Shown: positions 18,000 through 27,334, numbered from the stretch's first letter. The stretch is 64,000 nt of DNA from a virus (IMGVR_UViG_2667527592_000002); one strand, 5' to 3'. Made by a program: numbers and translations. The notes: generated by a model from the sequence alone, not told the origin.

Positions 18000-18692
18000 T
18001 TATTCCTGAACGCGCTTAAACTCGATTACCCATACCCACGGGTTAGATAGCCAGTTATCCTGCCCGTAAATACTGCGCCAGATATCACCAAAACCAACGC
18101 GATAAACAGCTTCCGGCGGCGTAATTTTGTACATCGCCGGAGATGCGCCTTCTGCTTTAGCATCTGCCTCGCTCATATCACGCAGCCGTTCCACACGCAC
18201 GTCGGTAATTTCCAGCAAAATGCGCGATGCCCAGCGCGGCATGTGAATTGATGGACGCCACCCGCCATCAAATTTTTCATTCACAGTGTGAGGTTTCCAG
18301 TCGGCATCATCGGGTATCGACCACAAGCCGTAATCACCCGGCTTTTGCTCACAACTGGCCCGATAAATCCTTGCTGCGTTCTTCTCATCGCCACGACAAA
18401 GGTTGTCGTTCCAGTCCACACTGCAACCATCCTCATTGCCTAATATCGCCCACGCCTCACGGACCCATATGCGATCACCAACGTTACCGAACGGGCATAA
18501 ACCATGTTCAGGTGCATCCATAACGTGGGTATAGACACCATTGCGTTTCTTGGTCGGTTTACGGATAACCAGGCAGTTATCGGCCCTGACATTTTTTACA
18601 GGTCGGCGAGTCTGCGTCTTCCTTCCTTCGAGGATGGCCCTGACCATCTCATCGTTAAAAATCATCCCGCGTTCTTTCATTTTTTGATCCAC
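18000..18692 (-). CDS. hypothetical protein (230 aa)
   Basis: ORF track; N-terminal MIFNDEMVRAILEGRKTQTRR motif common in phage proteins. Confidence 0.5.
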   Translation of the reverse strand: MDQKMKERGMIFNDEMVRAILEGRKTQTRRPVKNVRADNCLVIRKPTKKRNGVYTHVMDAPEHGLCPFGNVGDRIWVREAWAILGNEDGCSVDWNDNLCRGDEKNAARIYRASCEQKPGDYGLWSIPDDADWKPHTVNEKFDGGWRPSIHMPRWASRILLEITDVRVERLRDMSEADAKAEGASPAMYKITPPEAVYRVGFGDIWRSIYGQDNWLSNPWVWVIEFKRVQE

Positions 18693-18696
18693 CTCA

Positions 18697-19692
18697 TCAG
18701 TTATTGAACGTGATCACTCCGCGCTCGATGGCGAAGTCGAAAAGCTGGTTAGCTGCTACGTAAAGGCGTATGCCATGTGCTTTTTCCCATGCCCGGACAT
18801 CGTTTTCTGCGCTTCTGGCGCAGTCATCGCAAAGAGGAACAGCCCAGCGGTCGTGTTCGTTTAACGAGCGGGCGCGGTACATGAATGGGTGATTAACCTT
18901 GCCGCCGCAGCCTACACACGGGCGAGACACCACAAACCGGAGATAAGCCGGGCTTTTTCCGAGTAAGGTTTTTGGACGGCGCATATATAGGAGGCCAGAA
19001 TCTTCATCGACGGACAGATTGACGATCTGCTCTGCGGAAATATCCACCAGCTCGCGGGTACTATGCTCCCAGGTAATATCCGACTCTTTCAGAGTGCCGG
19101 TAGGGATTTCAGTTTTTGGCTGACAAAATGCAATGCGACCAGCTTCATCAGGCAGTTCGTCTTTAAGATTCCGGCGAATGGCCCAAAAGGTGAGTTCAAC
19201 CATGCTCAGATCGCGATCTGGCGGAAGTTTTAACTCGCTGGCAGCCCAGTTCATAATCCAGTTGGCGCGATTCAGTGACAGTTGGTCTTCCAGCTTGCCG
19301 TATCCCTTCATCATGTATTCCGCATCATGCTTCCAGCACAGGCGAACGGCAGAACCGTTATAGAAATGGGTGGTTAACTGGTGGCTGCAATCGCGCTTAT
19401 CATGCGCCTGGCAATCGTGAATGTTGGTGCTAACCCAGTGAACGAGAGAATCCTCACCACCTAACGCGTTAAATACGCGCTCACTTTGAAAAAAGGGTGC
19501 CAGTGACTGGTTGGTAACCAGTGAATAATTCAGGTCAACGACACCATCAGGGGTGTTTTCAGCCTGTTCACGCGGCAATGGGGATATAAGAAAACGACGT
19601 CCTGCGCCGATGTAATTGCTGGTGGGCTTATCTACAGGAAAGACAGCCACACCAGTTTCATTTACGACATATGGGGTGATTATTGCACTCAT
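18697..19692 (-). CDS. hypothetical protein with C-terminal Cys-rich zinc-ribbon-like motif (331 aa)
   Basis: ORF track; CVGCGG ... CDDCA. Confidence 0.5.
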   Translation of the reverse strand: MSAIITPYVVNETGVAVFPVDKPTSNYIGAGRRFLISPLPREQAENTPDGVVDLNYSLVTNQSLAPFFQSERVFNALGGEDSLVHWVSTNIHDCQAHDKRDCSHQLTTHFYNGSAVRLCWKHDAEYMMKGYGKLEDQLSLNRANWIMNWAASELKLPPDRDLSMVELTFWAIRRNLKDELPDEAGRIAFCQPKTEIPTGTLKESDITWEHSTRELVDISAEQIVNLSVDEDSGLLYMRRPKTLLGKSPAYLRFVVSRPCVGCGGKVNHPFMYRARSLNEHDRWAVPLCDDCARSAENDVRAWEKAHGIRLYVAANQLFDFAIERGVITFNN

Positions 19693-19731
19693 AATGCATA
19701 CCGACTCTGTTTTGTTCCGAGTGGTAAAATA

Positions 19732-19750
19732 ATATGTTAGAAAACTAAAA
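19732..19750 (-). promoter_or_regulatory. operator-like motif (minus strand TTTTAGTTTTCTAACATAT)
   Basis: Recurring motif 40-58 bp upstream of 18697..19692 operon. Confidence 0.45.
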
Positions 19751-19789
19751 TCAATGTTCTAACGCATTTTGAGTGCGTAAATGATTTGA

Positions 19790-20482
19790 TCAGACTTTAA
19801 GCTGCCCTCCCTTCACATGCATTAGCGTCAGATTTCCGCAAAAAACCGCGCCCGTGTCTATGTAGTGCTGATTCCAGTATGCTTTTGGTCTTCGTACCGG
19901 TGTGTGCCCAAAGATAAAGCGATCTGCGCCTGTGATTTCTCCACCAATGCCATCTATCGAATCACCGACGCGACTGCGCGACCAGACAACATCAAAAAGC
20001 GACACATCCTTACCGAACTGGTACTCTCCACCTGGATAGTCGGCATGGGCTATAACGATAGTTTCATGCCCGGTGTTCAACTCAATGATATAGGGCAGAC
20101 GTCTTACCAGCTCCACCAGCGCCCTGGCTAATATTTCCCGATCAGCGTCCAGCATGAAGAACCATTGACCACCATTCATTAGCCAGTTATTCACGTTGCC
20201 TGCGGGACTTAACGCATCGATCATTAATCGCTCGTGGTTTCCCATAACCGACCGAAACCAGGGCATCTGCAATAGCTCCAGGCATTCAACATTTTCGGTG
20301 CCGCGATCGATAAGGTCGCCAACCGATATCAGTAAATCCTGCGCCGGGTCAAAATCCACACGATGGAGTTCGGACATCAGTCTGGTGTAGCAACCATGCA
20401 GATCACCAACAACCCATATGTTTCTGTAGCCAGAACCATCAATACGGCTATATAAATTCACTTCATGCATAGCCTGGATCAT
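19790..20482 (-). CDS. Ser/Thr protein phosphatase (lambda PPase family)
   Basis: [29 protein letters not shown] metallophosphatase motifs; start set at ATG overlapping upstream stop. Confidence 0.85.
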   Translation of the reverse strand: MIQAMHEVNLYSRIDGSGYRNIWVVGDLHGCYTRLMSELHRVDFDPAQDLLISVGDLIDRGTENVECLELLQMPWFRSVMGNHERLMIDALSPAGNVNNWLMNGGQWFFMLDADREILARALVELVRRLPYIIELNTGHETIVIAHADYPGGEYQFGKDVSLFDVVWSRSRVGDSIDGIGGEITGADRFIFGHTPVRRPKAYWNQHYIDTGAVFCGNLTLMHVKGGQLKV

Positions 20483-20790
20483 GCGGCAACCTTCTCCCGC
20501 AGCCAGATACAAACTGGACCATCTTCAGTGTCATGGATAGAGCCAACAAACCAGCCTTCACCCTCTGGTCGCTCCGGTTCCCAGGCGGCAATATCGGGTC
20601 CATCTGCGTCCAGATCAAAATCATCTTCATCCATACTGCGAATAGTCCACTGAAGATTATTTTCCTTCATCCAGGCGTCAAATTCCTCAGTGGAAATATA
20701 TTCACGACCTGCGCAAAACTTCTCATACTCCGGATGTGTCCAGCAGCCATATTCATCACGTTCTACCGGCATTTTTTTAATGATGCTCAC
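20479..20790 (-). CDS. hypothetical acidic protein (103 aa)
   Basis: ORF track. Confidence 0.45.
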   Translation of the reverse strand: MSIIKKMPVERDEYGCWTHPEYEKFCAGREYISTEEFDAWMKENNLQWTIRSMDEDDFDLDADGPDIAAWEPERPEGEGWFVGSIHDTEDGPVCIWLREKVAA

Positions 20791-21011
20791 TCTTCATCCT
20801 CCAAGTCGGCAACGGCCTCCATCACATCAGAACCGCGAATAACCTCAAAAGCACGGCAGGCCATTTCAAACACCTGTTGTTCTTGCGGATGCGGTGACTC
20901 CCAATACTTAAAACCAGGTCGATGCTCGTAACCCATCATGGAATAAAAATCGCCAGCAAGTTCAATCGCGGCATCAACAAGTTCGCGATTTGTCATCGTC
21001 TGTTCTGTCAT
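20787..21011 (-). CDS. hypothetical protein (74 aa)
   Basis: ORF track. Confidence 0.4.
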   Translation of the reverse strand: MTEQTMTNRELVDAAIELAGDFYSMMGYEHRPGFKYWESPHPQEQQVFEMACRAFEVIRGSDVMEAVADLEDEE

Positions 21012-21283
21012 TTGGTTTTCTCCTGTCTGAACATCACTATCATCAGGTCGCCTTTTGTCGCTATCCTGGCTGTTGTGCCTGGTTCAATGCGGCTAAGTTC
21101 AAATGCGTCATAGAACGCTTCTAATGCCTTCTGGCGTAGTTCCTGTTTGCGCCGTTTTTTCCACTCTTTTAGGAAAATGGAACCCAGCCATCGCCAGGTA
21201 CGGGACATGATGTAAAGCCAACCGAAAAGTGCCAGACCGGTATTTAGGGCCGTATCGATTGTTATCGTGGTGTCGATATTCAC
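21008..21283 (-). CDS. small membrane protein (91 aa)
   Basis: ORF track; hydrophobic segment LALFGWLYIM. Confidence 0.4.
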   Translation of the reverse strand: MNIDTTITIDTALNTGLALFGWLYIMSRTWRWLGSIFLKEWKKRRKQELRQKALEAFYDAFELSRIEPGTTARIATKGDLMIVMFRQEKTK

Positions 21284-21528
21284 TGTGGTGGCTCCTGCTT
21301 TTCTGCCTTCAATACCATGCGCGAACCATCATCCAGCTCCCAATTAATTTCACCGCCTTCAGCCATGACTAGATGCCAAACGAGTTGTGCGGCCTCGTTG
21401 GTTACATCACGACCGCGATCATTGCCGACACGACGTTTTGTTCCATCCCCTAAGTCACGCATTTTTGCCAACACGATGGTTTTTGATAGCGGTGAAAAAC
21501 CAAGCTGTAGTCGTGCGGTATTACTCAC
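21280..21528 (-). CDS. hypothetical protein (82 aa)
   Basis: ORF track. Confidence 0.4.
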   Translation of the reverse strand: MSNTARLQLGFSPLSKTIVLAKMRDLGDGTKRRVGNDRGRDVTNEAAQLVWHLVMAEGGEINWELDDGSRMVLKAEKQEPPQ

Positions 21529-22322
21529 TGTTTACCTCCTTTTCGAAGCTGTTCGGCGATATCTTCGAGAACGCCATCAGAGAATGAGCGGTCAAAATCG
21601 CCTTCCCGCGCATTAGCCATAAACTCAGTAGAGGTAAGAATCATCCGGGCAATATCCGCGGCGTTCTTCGCAGTATCATCAATAAAACCAGCTTCCCAAG
21701 CAGCCAGCATCCTGTTCGCCACAAAGTAAGCGCCCTCCTTGCGTGCTTCAGTCTTCACTTCATCCAGGAAAGTGTCGGTCGCAGGAGTGGTTTTTTGTGG
21801 TGATAGGGCGATACGAATTGTTTCAAGAGCTGGATCTATTTCCACTGTTGGCACCTTGATAAAACCAAGCTGCACGCCATTCATAATGAACGTGCGGCGA
21901 TCCTCACATATCGCCTTCAGTCTCGCATTCTCCGCAGCCAGCGCCGCGCGATTACCCTCCAGCTCTGCAATGCGCTGTTTTGCGGCATCAAGTTCAATCG
22001 ATAATTTTTCCAACTGCTCTTTATGCTTCTTGTATTCCTGATATGCGTGCCAAGACTGACCTTTGCGCACACTATCAGTAATATCAGTAATCTGTTCTGG
22101 TGTTAGCGTGGTCAGTGGCTGTGCTGGGAAAATCAGCACTTTCCCGGAATCCCAATCAAAACCAGCGTGAATTGACTGAACCTCAACTGAGGGTGTTGAA
22201 CCAATGCTGCCAGGCGAATGAACAACGATCGTTACATCCATATCGCGACGATGGCTGTGGTTATTGGACAAAATACGATTCACCAACTCAGAAAATTTGG
22301 AGAATTTCATGCGGAGCCTCAA
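21525..22322 (-). CDS. coiled-coil protein; C-terminal domain paralogous to 22726..23229
   Basis: Shared block AAENARLK / AAENALARK and similar C-terminal halves. Confidence 0.5.
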   Translation of the reverse strand: MRLRMKFSKFSELVNRILSNNHSHRRDMDVTIVVHSPGSIGSTPSVEVQSIHAGFDWDSGKVLIFPAQPLTTLTPEQITDITDSVRKGQSWHAYQEYKKHKEQLEKLSIELDAAKQRIAELEGNRAALAAENARLKAICEDRRTFIMNGVQLGFIKVPTVEIDPALETIRIALSPQKTTPATDTFLDEVKTEARKEGAYFVANRMLAAWEAGFIDDTAKNAADIARMILTSTEFMANAREGDFDRSFSDGVLEDIAEQLRKGGKQ

Positions 22323-22729
22323 TATGCAAAATAGACAGTTGCCACACCGTTATAGTGATCAAACGATACGGCGTTTACTTCATAGCTGGCAGGAAGCTTC
22401 GAGCCGAGAACGTATCCGGGCCACGTTTTCCATGGAATTTCTCTACTCTCACTATCCCCATATACCGTACATCCAAGCGAACCTACAGCCTCGTCAGAAC
22501 GTTTGCCGCATGTTATGAAACCTATATTTTTCTTGCTGGCCTTAATGGCGATTGGGTGAACACTGGCTGATGCATTGGCAGCACGCTGTGACTGTTGGTT
22601 TGCGATATTCGCAGAGTTCGCAGCAGCTACAGCAGCCGTGGTCGCGGCGGTAGATGCCACAATAACTGCTGAAGCCTGCGCCTGTTGGGTAATGGTCAGC
22701 AATGCCGCCACAAAAATCATCTTCTTCAC
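22319..22729 (-). CDS. secreted protein with signal peptide, C-terminal aromatic residues (136 aa)
   Basis: MKKMIFVAALLTITQQAQA signal-like N-terminus; ends VYFAY. Confidence 0.5.
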   Translation of the reverse strand: MKKMIFVAALLTITQQAQASAVIVASTAATTAAVAAANSANIANQQSQRAANASASVHPIAIKASKKNIGFITCGKRSDEAVGSLGCTVYGDSESREIPWKTWPGYVLGSKLPASYEVNAVSFDHYNGVATVYFAY

Positions 22730-23229
22730 TTGTCAGCTCCTTTGCGAATCTGTTCCGCCCATTCTTCAAGGGATTTCTCCGCATATTCACCGGACAGGCC
22801 ATCAATCGGGTGCGATTCATTAGCCAACTCTTCTTTCGCTGACAGAATCATGCGCGTAACGTCGAAAACTTCACGTAAAGACTTATTGATAAATCCGTGG
22901 TTGAAAGCAGCAGCAAGACGGCTTGCGGTATAGTTAATCCCCTCGTTGCGAGCCTCCGCACGAATTTCAGCCAGGAAAGCATCGGTGACTGGCATATTTC
23001 CTGTTGCCTTCATGGCCTCCAAAATAACCAGAACGCCATCTCTCCCTACCACCTCGCAGATAACCTCGGTGTTGTCGCCAACAACATCGCAGAATGCCTG
23101 AACTGCTTTACGAGCAAGTGCATTCTCCGCCGCTAGCGCAGCACACGCTTTCTCAAGTCGGGAAATTTCCGTTACATACTCAGCGTTACGCTCTGCCAGT
23201 TGCGCGGGCGTTAAACCTTCAGACTTCAT
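22726..23229 (-). CDS. coiled-coil protein, paralogue of 21525..22322 C-terminal domain (167 aa)
   Basis: ORF track; paralogy seen by eye. Confidence 0.5.
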   Translation of the reverse strand: MKSEGLTPAQLAERNAEYVTEISRLEKACAALAAENALARKAVQAFCDVVGDNTEVICEVVGRDGVLVILEAMKATGNMPVTDAFLAEIRAEARNEGINYTASRLAAAFNHGFINKSLREVFDVTRMILSAKEELANESHPIDGLSGEYAEKSLEEWAEQIRKGADK

Positions 23230-23536
23230 ACACTCTCCTTTCGAAATAAACGTACTGATTAATCATGCCCAGGGGCATTTCGAGTTTTTCCGCGATCTCA
23301 CGGCGGGGAACGCCACACTGATGAAGCTGCCGCGCCAGCTCTATATCGCTCTGCCGGTATTTGGCTGACTGGTGAAAGTCACCTTTCAGAATCATGCTGA
23401 TCCCAAGCTCTCGCGCTTTAGTCCTGACGGCATCACCGGTACGACCGATCAGCTTCCCAATACTCTCGACCGTCATAGTTCCGGCGCACTGGCGGAGTAT
23501 CATGACTTCTGCCCTTCCCCATCCCCGCCAGCTCAC
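23219..23536 (-). CDS. HTH DNA-binding protein (105 aa)
   Basis: Two HTH-like segments (IGKLIGRTGDAVRTKARELGI; REIAEKLEMPLG). Confidence 0.5.
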   Translation of the reverse strand: MSWRGWGRAEVMILRQCAGTMTVESIGKLIGRTGDAVRTKARELGISMILKGDFHQSAKYRQSDIELARQLHQCGVPRREIAEKLEMPLGMINQYVYFERRVYEV

Positions 23537-24144
23537 GCAGAACTCCTTCTAACCAAAAGAACGCCATCTTCAGAAACAACGTTGCAGGACTTCAGGTAAT
23601 TCATTGCCTCTTTCGGTAATGGATTCTTTGGATCGGCGTTTGCCAGGGATTTCGATAACCTCATGATAAATTTGATCATTACCTTCTGGCGGAGCTTGTG
23701 CTCATGAGATAAAGAAAGGTAATAGGAAATGGTATGGGCTAAACGCTCACGAAGCTGTTCTGTGCCGTGATATACAGCAGCGATATCACGCAGTGCATTG
23801 ACCAGTTCCCGGTAAATATGTGGAGCAACCTGGCATTCAATGTTGGTTGGTGACTCATAAATTACAGTCAGCCCCAGCTTTTCAGCCAGCGCGTGCTCTG
23901 CACGAGCACCAACCGATTCTTCCCATCGATTGAGCAAATAGATCGCATCAGCAGAACGCACCATTGCCAGGCAAATATCCATGTATTCACTCTGGCAAAG
24001 GCCACCAGGTAACACCGCTGGATTCAGAACGATATGCCCTTCAGCCATCAGCTCGCTCGCTTTCGCATTAAACGCCGCACGGTTGTAATCTGGATAACCA
24101 GTCATCGGCCCCGCGATGTAAATTTTCAAAACACGTTTCACCAT
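23533..24144 (-). CDS. DUF4406-like protein (nucleoside 2-deoxyribosyltransferase-like fold), C-terminal extension
   Basis: N-terminal KIYIAGPMTGYPDYN ... NPA ... WEES.GA motifs; start at ATG 24144, not the longer track extension. Confidence 0.55.
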   Translation of the reverse strand: MVKRVLKIYIAGPMTGYPDYNRAAFNAKASELMAEGHIVLNPAVLPGGLCQSEYMDICLAMVRSADAIYLLNRWEESVGARAEHALAEKLGLTVIYESPTNIECQVAPHIYRELVNALRDIAAVYHGTEQLRERLAHTISYYLSLSHEHKLRQKVMIKFIMRLSKSLANADPKNPLPKEAMNYLKSCNVVSEDGVLLVRRSSA

Positions 24145-24299
24145 CAAAATTTCCCCAAAATCGTGACGCAAAACATAAGCACTGCGAAAAGCTCAATACC
24201 AAGCTCAAGTAGCGCCAACGCCCCGAAAAACAACACATAGAACAGGCCAATCTCATTCACAGATGGCTGGTGGATCGCACTTAAAGCTATAAGCATCAT
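24144..24299 (-). CDS. small membrane protein (51 aa)
   Basis: Hand-translated MMLIALSAIHQ...IGLFYVLFFGALALLELGIELFAVLMFCVTILGKF; stop overlaps next start (ATGA); below track cutoff. Confidence 0.4.
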   Translation of the reverse strand: MMLIALSAIHQPSVNEIGLFYVLFFGALALLELGIELFAVLMFCVTILGKF

Positions 24300-24332
24300 G
24301 TCCTCCAAACAGTTATCAGGAATGATATTAAT

Positions 24333-24350
24333 GTTTTGTGTTAGAAAATC
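24333..24350 (-). promoter_or_regulatory. operator-like motif (minus strand GATTTTCTAACACAAAAC)
   Basis: In divergent promoter region between 24299 operon and ref-like gene. Confidence 0.45.
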
Positions 24351-24416
24351 AATTTTGAATATCTAACTATTTTGATCAATCATAGAAAAATCGCTGAAAA
24401 GTAAGAGGCAGCCATC

Positions 24417-24995
24417 ATGCAGAAACAGAGCTATTGGGAGAAACAGAGACAAAAAGCCATGCAAAAATTGGCTGACCCGGCCTGGCGAGAGGAACAAAGG
24501 GCAAAGCGCCTTCAACAAGCTCAACGCCAGCAGCAGCGAGCGAGAGAAAAAGCCGCATCGCCTGAATATCGGCAAAAAAAAATTGAAAAAGCAAAGCAAT
24601 ATGACCAGCGGAGAAAAGAGAAAGCTGTATCCGCTCCGTCCAAAAAAACACGCACGTCACGCGGCCTGAAGGGCAGATCACTCACAGCCGATGAGCGCCG
24701 GATACAGACCGCTATCGGTACTCTCCCCTGCATTGCCTGCCATATTCACGGGCAACATAGCCCAGTAGTATCCCTGCACCATATCTTCGGGAGAACGGCA
24801 GAGAACGCGCATAAATATGTCCTCCCTTTGTGTAAATGGCACCACCAGTACGCAGCGCCAGCCGAGGTCCGAGAACAATATCCCTGGCTGGTCCCTGTTC
24901 ATGCTGATGGAAAAATAGGCGGAAAAGCAGATTTCATACGGCACAATGCCGATGAAATGGCGTTGTATCAGATGGCAATTGAATTGATAAATTAG
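24417..24995 (+). CDS. Ref-like HNH-motif protein with basic disordered N-terminus
   Basis: 192 aa; K/R/Q-rich N-terminal half, C-terminal CIACHIHGQH ... HHIFG ... CKWHH; resembles P1 Ref architecture. Confidence 0.5.
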   Translation: MQKQSYWEKQRQKAMQKLADPAWREEQRAKRLQQAQRQQQRAREKAASPEYRQKKIEKAKQYDQRRKEKAVSAPSKKTRTSRGLKGRSLTADERRIQTAIGTLPCIACHIHGQHSPVVSLHHIFGRTAENAHKYVLPLCKWHHQYAAPAEVREQYPWLVPVHADGKIGGKADFIRHNADEMALYQMAIELIN

Positions 24996-25010
24996 TTTTC
25001 TAACATTTTA
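24993..25010 (+). promoter_or_regulatory. operator-like motif (TAGTTTTCTAACATTTTA)
   Basis: Overlaps stop codon of ref-like gene. Confidence 0.45.
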
Positions 25011-25326
25011 AGTTGAATTGAAAATTTCTCCGATGTACATTCACTACCGATTGGCACACCGGTCAACTTTTTGAGACAAACTATTTAGTTTTTCGTATTA
25101 TTGCCGCCGCCATACCTATGGCGGTGCAATATAGGTGGCTGAAAAGCCCCCGTTGACTCACGGTGTTCCAGCCTTTATTGCGCCGCCACCAGACCGTGGA
25201 ACAGTCGATGGCGGCTCCGAAAGCAAGGAGTCACTACACTATGAACAACTACAGTCTTTTCCCATCACTCGTCGTCCACCACTCACGCGATAATCTGCAT
25301 TCTTTACTCGCGCTGGGGGTGTCAAA

Positions 25327-25494
25327 ATGACTGTTCGCTACCTCAACTTTCAAATCAAGAACATTACTGGCGGTTGCTATGACTGGTTTGTCACTCTCGG
25401 AAAAGAAGTGATCACCGGGAAGCTGGATGAAGTGAAAGCTAAAGCAATGGCCTACGCCTGCAAGCAAGCCCGGAAAAAATCCGCCAAAGCATAA
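25327..25494 (+). CDS. small hypothetical protein (55 aa)
   Basis: Hand-translated MTVRYLNFQIKNITGGCYDWF...; followed by terminator; below track cutoff. Confidence 0.35.
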   Translation: MTVRYLNFQIKNITGGCYDWFVTLGKEVITGKLDEVKAKAMAYACKQARKKSAKA

Positions 25495-25597
25495 AATACT
25501 GACTGTTGCGCCCTGGCATTATCGTGGGGTATATTTCTACGGCACCTTAGAAAAACGGGTGCCGGGATTGGAACCCCGGATAATGCAAAAGGCGACA

Positions 25598-25622
25598 CAG
25601 ACGCCGAAAGCGTCTTTTTTTG
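25598..25622 (+). terminator. rho-independent terminator (GACGC-CGAAA-GCGTC then T7)
   Basis: 5-bp GC-rich stem, 5-nt loop, seven T. Confidence 0.6.
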
Positions 25623-25806
25623 TGTCATGCCATCGCACAGCCATACGTAGCGTTTAGCTCAGAGATCAATGGTAGTGCTGGCTGGGCTGCCGAAAGGCAG
25701 GCCGGTTCCCTTTTGCGCCGGTAGTTCCAACCCAGTCAGTGCTACCGCCATTGAGATTGGAACCTCACGCGGTAGCTCCTTAAATTAGCAAAAGGAGGCT
25801 GCCAAT
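25623..25806 (+). ncRNA. candidate structured regulatory RNA (immI/c4-like position)
   Basis: GAAA-tetraloop hairpin CTGCC-GAAA-GGCAG; repeats CGGTAGTTCC / CGGTAGCTCC; inverted GTTCCAA / TTGGAAC; immediately upstream of icd-like RBS. Confidence 0.25.
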
Positions 25807-26022
25807 ATGGCTACTATCCCTACCCCAACTCATTCTGAATTTATCTGGCGTTTCTATTCCTGCCAAAAACACCTGTATATCTGCGTAATGGCTGCTACCG
25901 AAGCAGAAGCTCGTTCATACCTTCCTGAAGAACCCTGCATTTTTGCCGCACGCTTCACTCTTGATGCGATGGAGATCCTCAATTACTGGAATCTGCCGAT
26001 GAACTGCGTGGAGGTGCACTGA
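25807..26022 (+). CDS. small protein overlapping antirepressor start (Icd-like position, 71 aa)
   Basis: Strong RBS AAGGAGG; stop overlaps next start (TGATG). Confidence 0.45.
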   Translation: MATIPTPTHSEFIWRFYSCQKHLYICVMAATEAEARSYLPEEPCIFAARFTLDAMEILNYWNLPMNCVEVH

Positions 26023-26963
26023 TGAATCTGCCCATCTCTCGCAAAGCGACAATGACCAGTATTGAGATCGCGAAACTGGTGGGAAGTCGTCACTCTGATG
26101 TTAAACGCAGCATCGAAAGACTTGTTGCTAAAGGTGTTATCCAACATACGCCATTGGCTACAGTTGAGAATAATCAATCACTTAGCCCTAATAAATACAC
26201 AAAAGCCTATGTCTTCGAAGGCGAACAAGGCAAACGAGACAGTATCATTGTCGTCGCACAGCTCTCTCCGGAATTCACCGCCCGGCTGGTGGACCGCTGG
26301 CGCGAACTGGAGAATGCCAGGGGACCGTTAAAATCAAAAGCCGAAATCCTGGCTGAAATGGCGCAAATGCATCTTGAGCATGAACGCCGGATCAACGCCG
26401 TAAATGCCCAGGTAGCCGAGGTATCAGCACAAGTATCGATGGTTGCTGAAACACTCGAGCAAATAAAGAAAGGCAATATTCCGGAAGGCTACATTGGCTA
26501 CCGCCAGCTGGCGGCGAAATGCGGCCTGACTGAAGCCAAATGCCGAAACCTGGTCAACGCTTACCGGATTCCCACCGATACGCATGAGTTTTTAACTCCA
26601 GATGGTTTGCTTGCGCGACGCTCCATTGTGGCCCTGGCCCCCTTCCGGAAAGCCTTTAAGCAGGTGATGTCGGAGGCAGAACCACGCAATAAACGCTGGT
26701 ATCATCCAAAGATGGGGATGTTTCAGGCAATCCACCATCCTGTGCCTGAAAGCCCAAAGGATAATCTGTCACTACATACCGCCAGAGAGAAGATCAGGAC
26801 TGGATACGCAACAGTGTGTCGTCGTTCTTCCTGGCCTGAAGGTGTATGGGTATGGCCCGAAGGTGGATCACGAAAGCACTGGCGCACCATCCGGGACGGA
26901 AAAATCCATGCTATTGATTTAGCTCCAAAGGATGTTATTGCTATGGACTGGATTGTTAGTTAA
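26022..26963 (+). CDS. Rha-family phage regulatory protein / antirepressor-like
   Basis: N-terminal TSIEIAKLVGSRHSDVKRSIERL matches Rha-domain pattern; 313 aa. Confidence 0.7.
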   Translation: MNLPISRKATMTSIEIAKLVGSRHSDVKRSIERLVAKGVIQHTPLATVENNQSLSPNKYTKAYVFEGEQGKRDSIIVVAQLSPEFTARLVDRWRELENARGPLKSKAEILAEMAQMHLEHERRINAVNAQVAEVSAQVSMVAETLEQIKKGNIPEGYIGYRQLAAKCGLTEAKCRNLVNAYRIPTDTHEFLTPDGLLARRSIVALAPFRKAFKQVMSEAEPRNKRWYHPKMGMFQAIHHPVPESPKDNLSLHTAREKIRTGYATVCRRSSWPEGVWVWPEGGSRKHWRTIRDGKIHAIDLAPKDVIAMDWIVS

Positions 26964-27022
26964 ATGCTGCATCCCCGGCGACTCCGGGGATTTAACTGCC
27001 AAATAATCGGATTATCCGCACG

Positions 27023-27334
27023 ATGAAAAAAATAGATTTCACTTATTCTGCCGCCACAATCCAGCGACGTTTCAGTCTCATAAGGGAAGTGGAACTATCA
27101 AAAAACTTGTATCAAATTCTACTGGATGAAGAGTTTTCACTGATGGTTATAGCAGAAAAATTAGCTATGCCGAACGACCGGCACAAGGTCATAGCCAGCC
27201 TCGATCTGGTGACAAACAGATACTGGGAGAAAGAGGAACTACATGAGGCGGGAGTAATTCGTGACCTGATGGAGAATTCCGTTCCCCGCCGCTATCGTGC
27301 AGGGAACGGCATCTCCGTGGTTAAAGGTGTTTAA
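27023..27334 (+). CDS. hypothetical protein (103 aa)
   Basis: ORF track. Confidence 0.4.
   Translation: MKKIDFTYSAATIQRRFSLIREVELSKNLYQILLDEEFSLMVIAEKLAMPNDRHKVIASLDLVTNRYWEKEELHEAGVIRDLMENSVPRRYRAGNGISVVKGV

Noticed and set aside
24415-24944. Minus-strand ORFs overlapping the ref-like gene (24415..24681, 24521..24733, 24678..24944)
   Set aside because: Low-complexity translations antisense to a gene with clear RBS and motif content.
25107-25806. Retron-like or other RT-associated ncRNA suggested by inverted repeats
   Set aside because: No reverse transcriptase ORF (no YxDD-containing protein) anywhere in the window.
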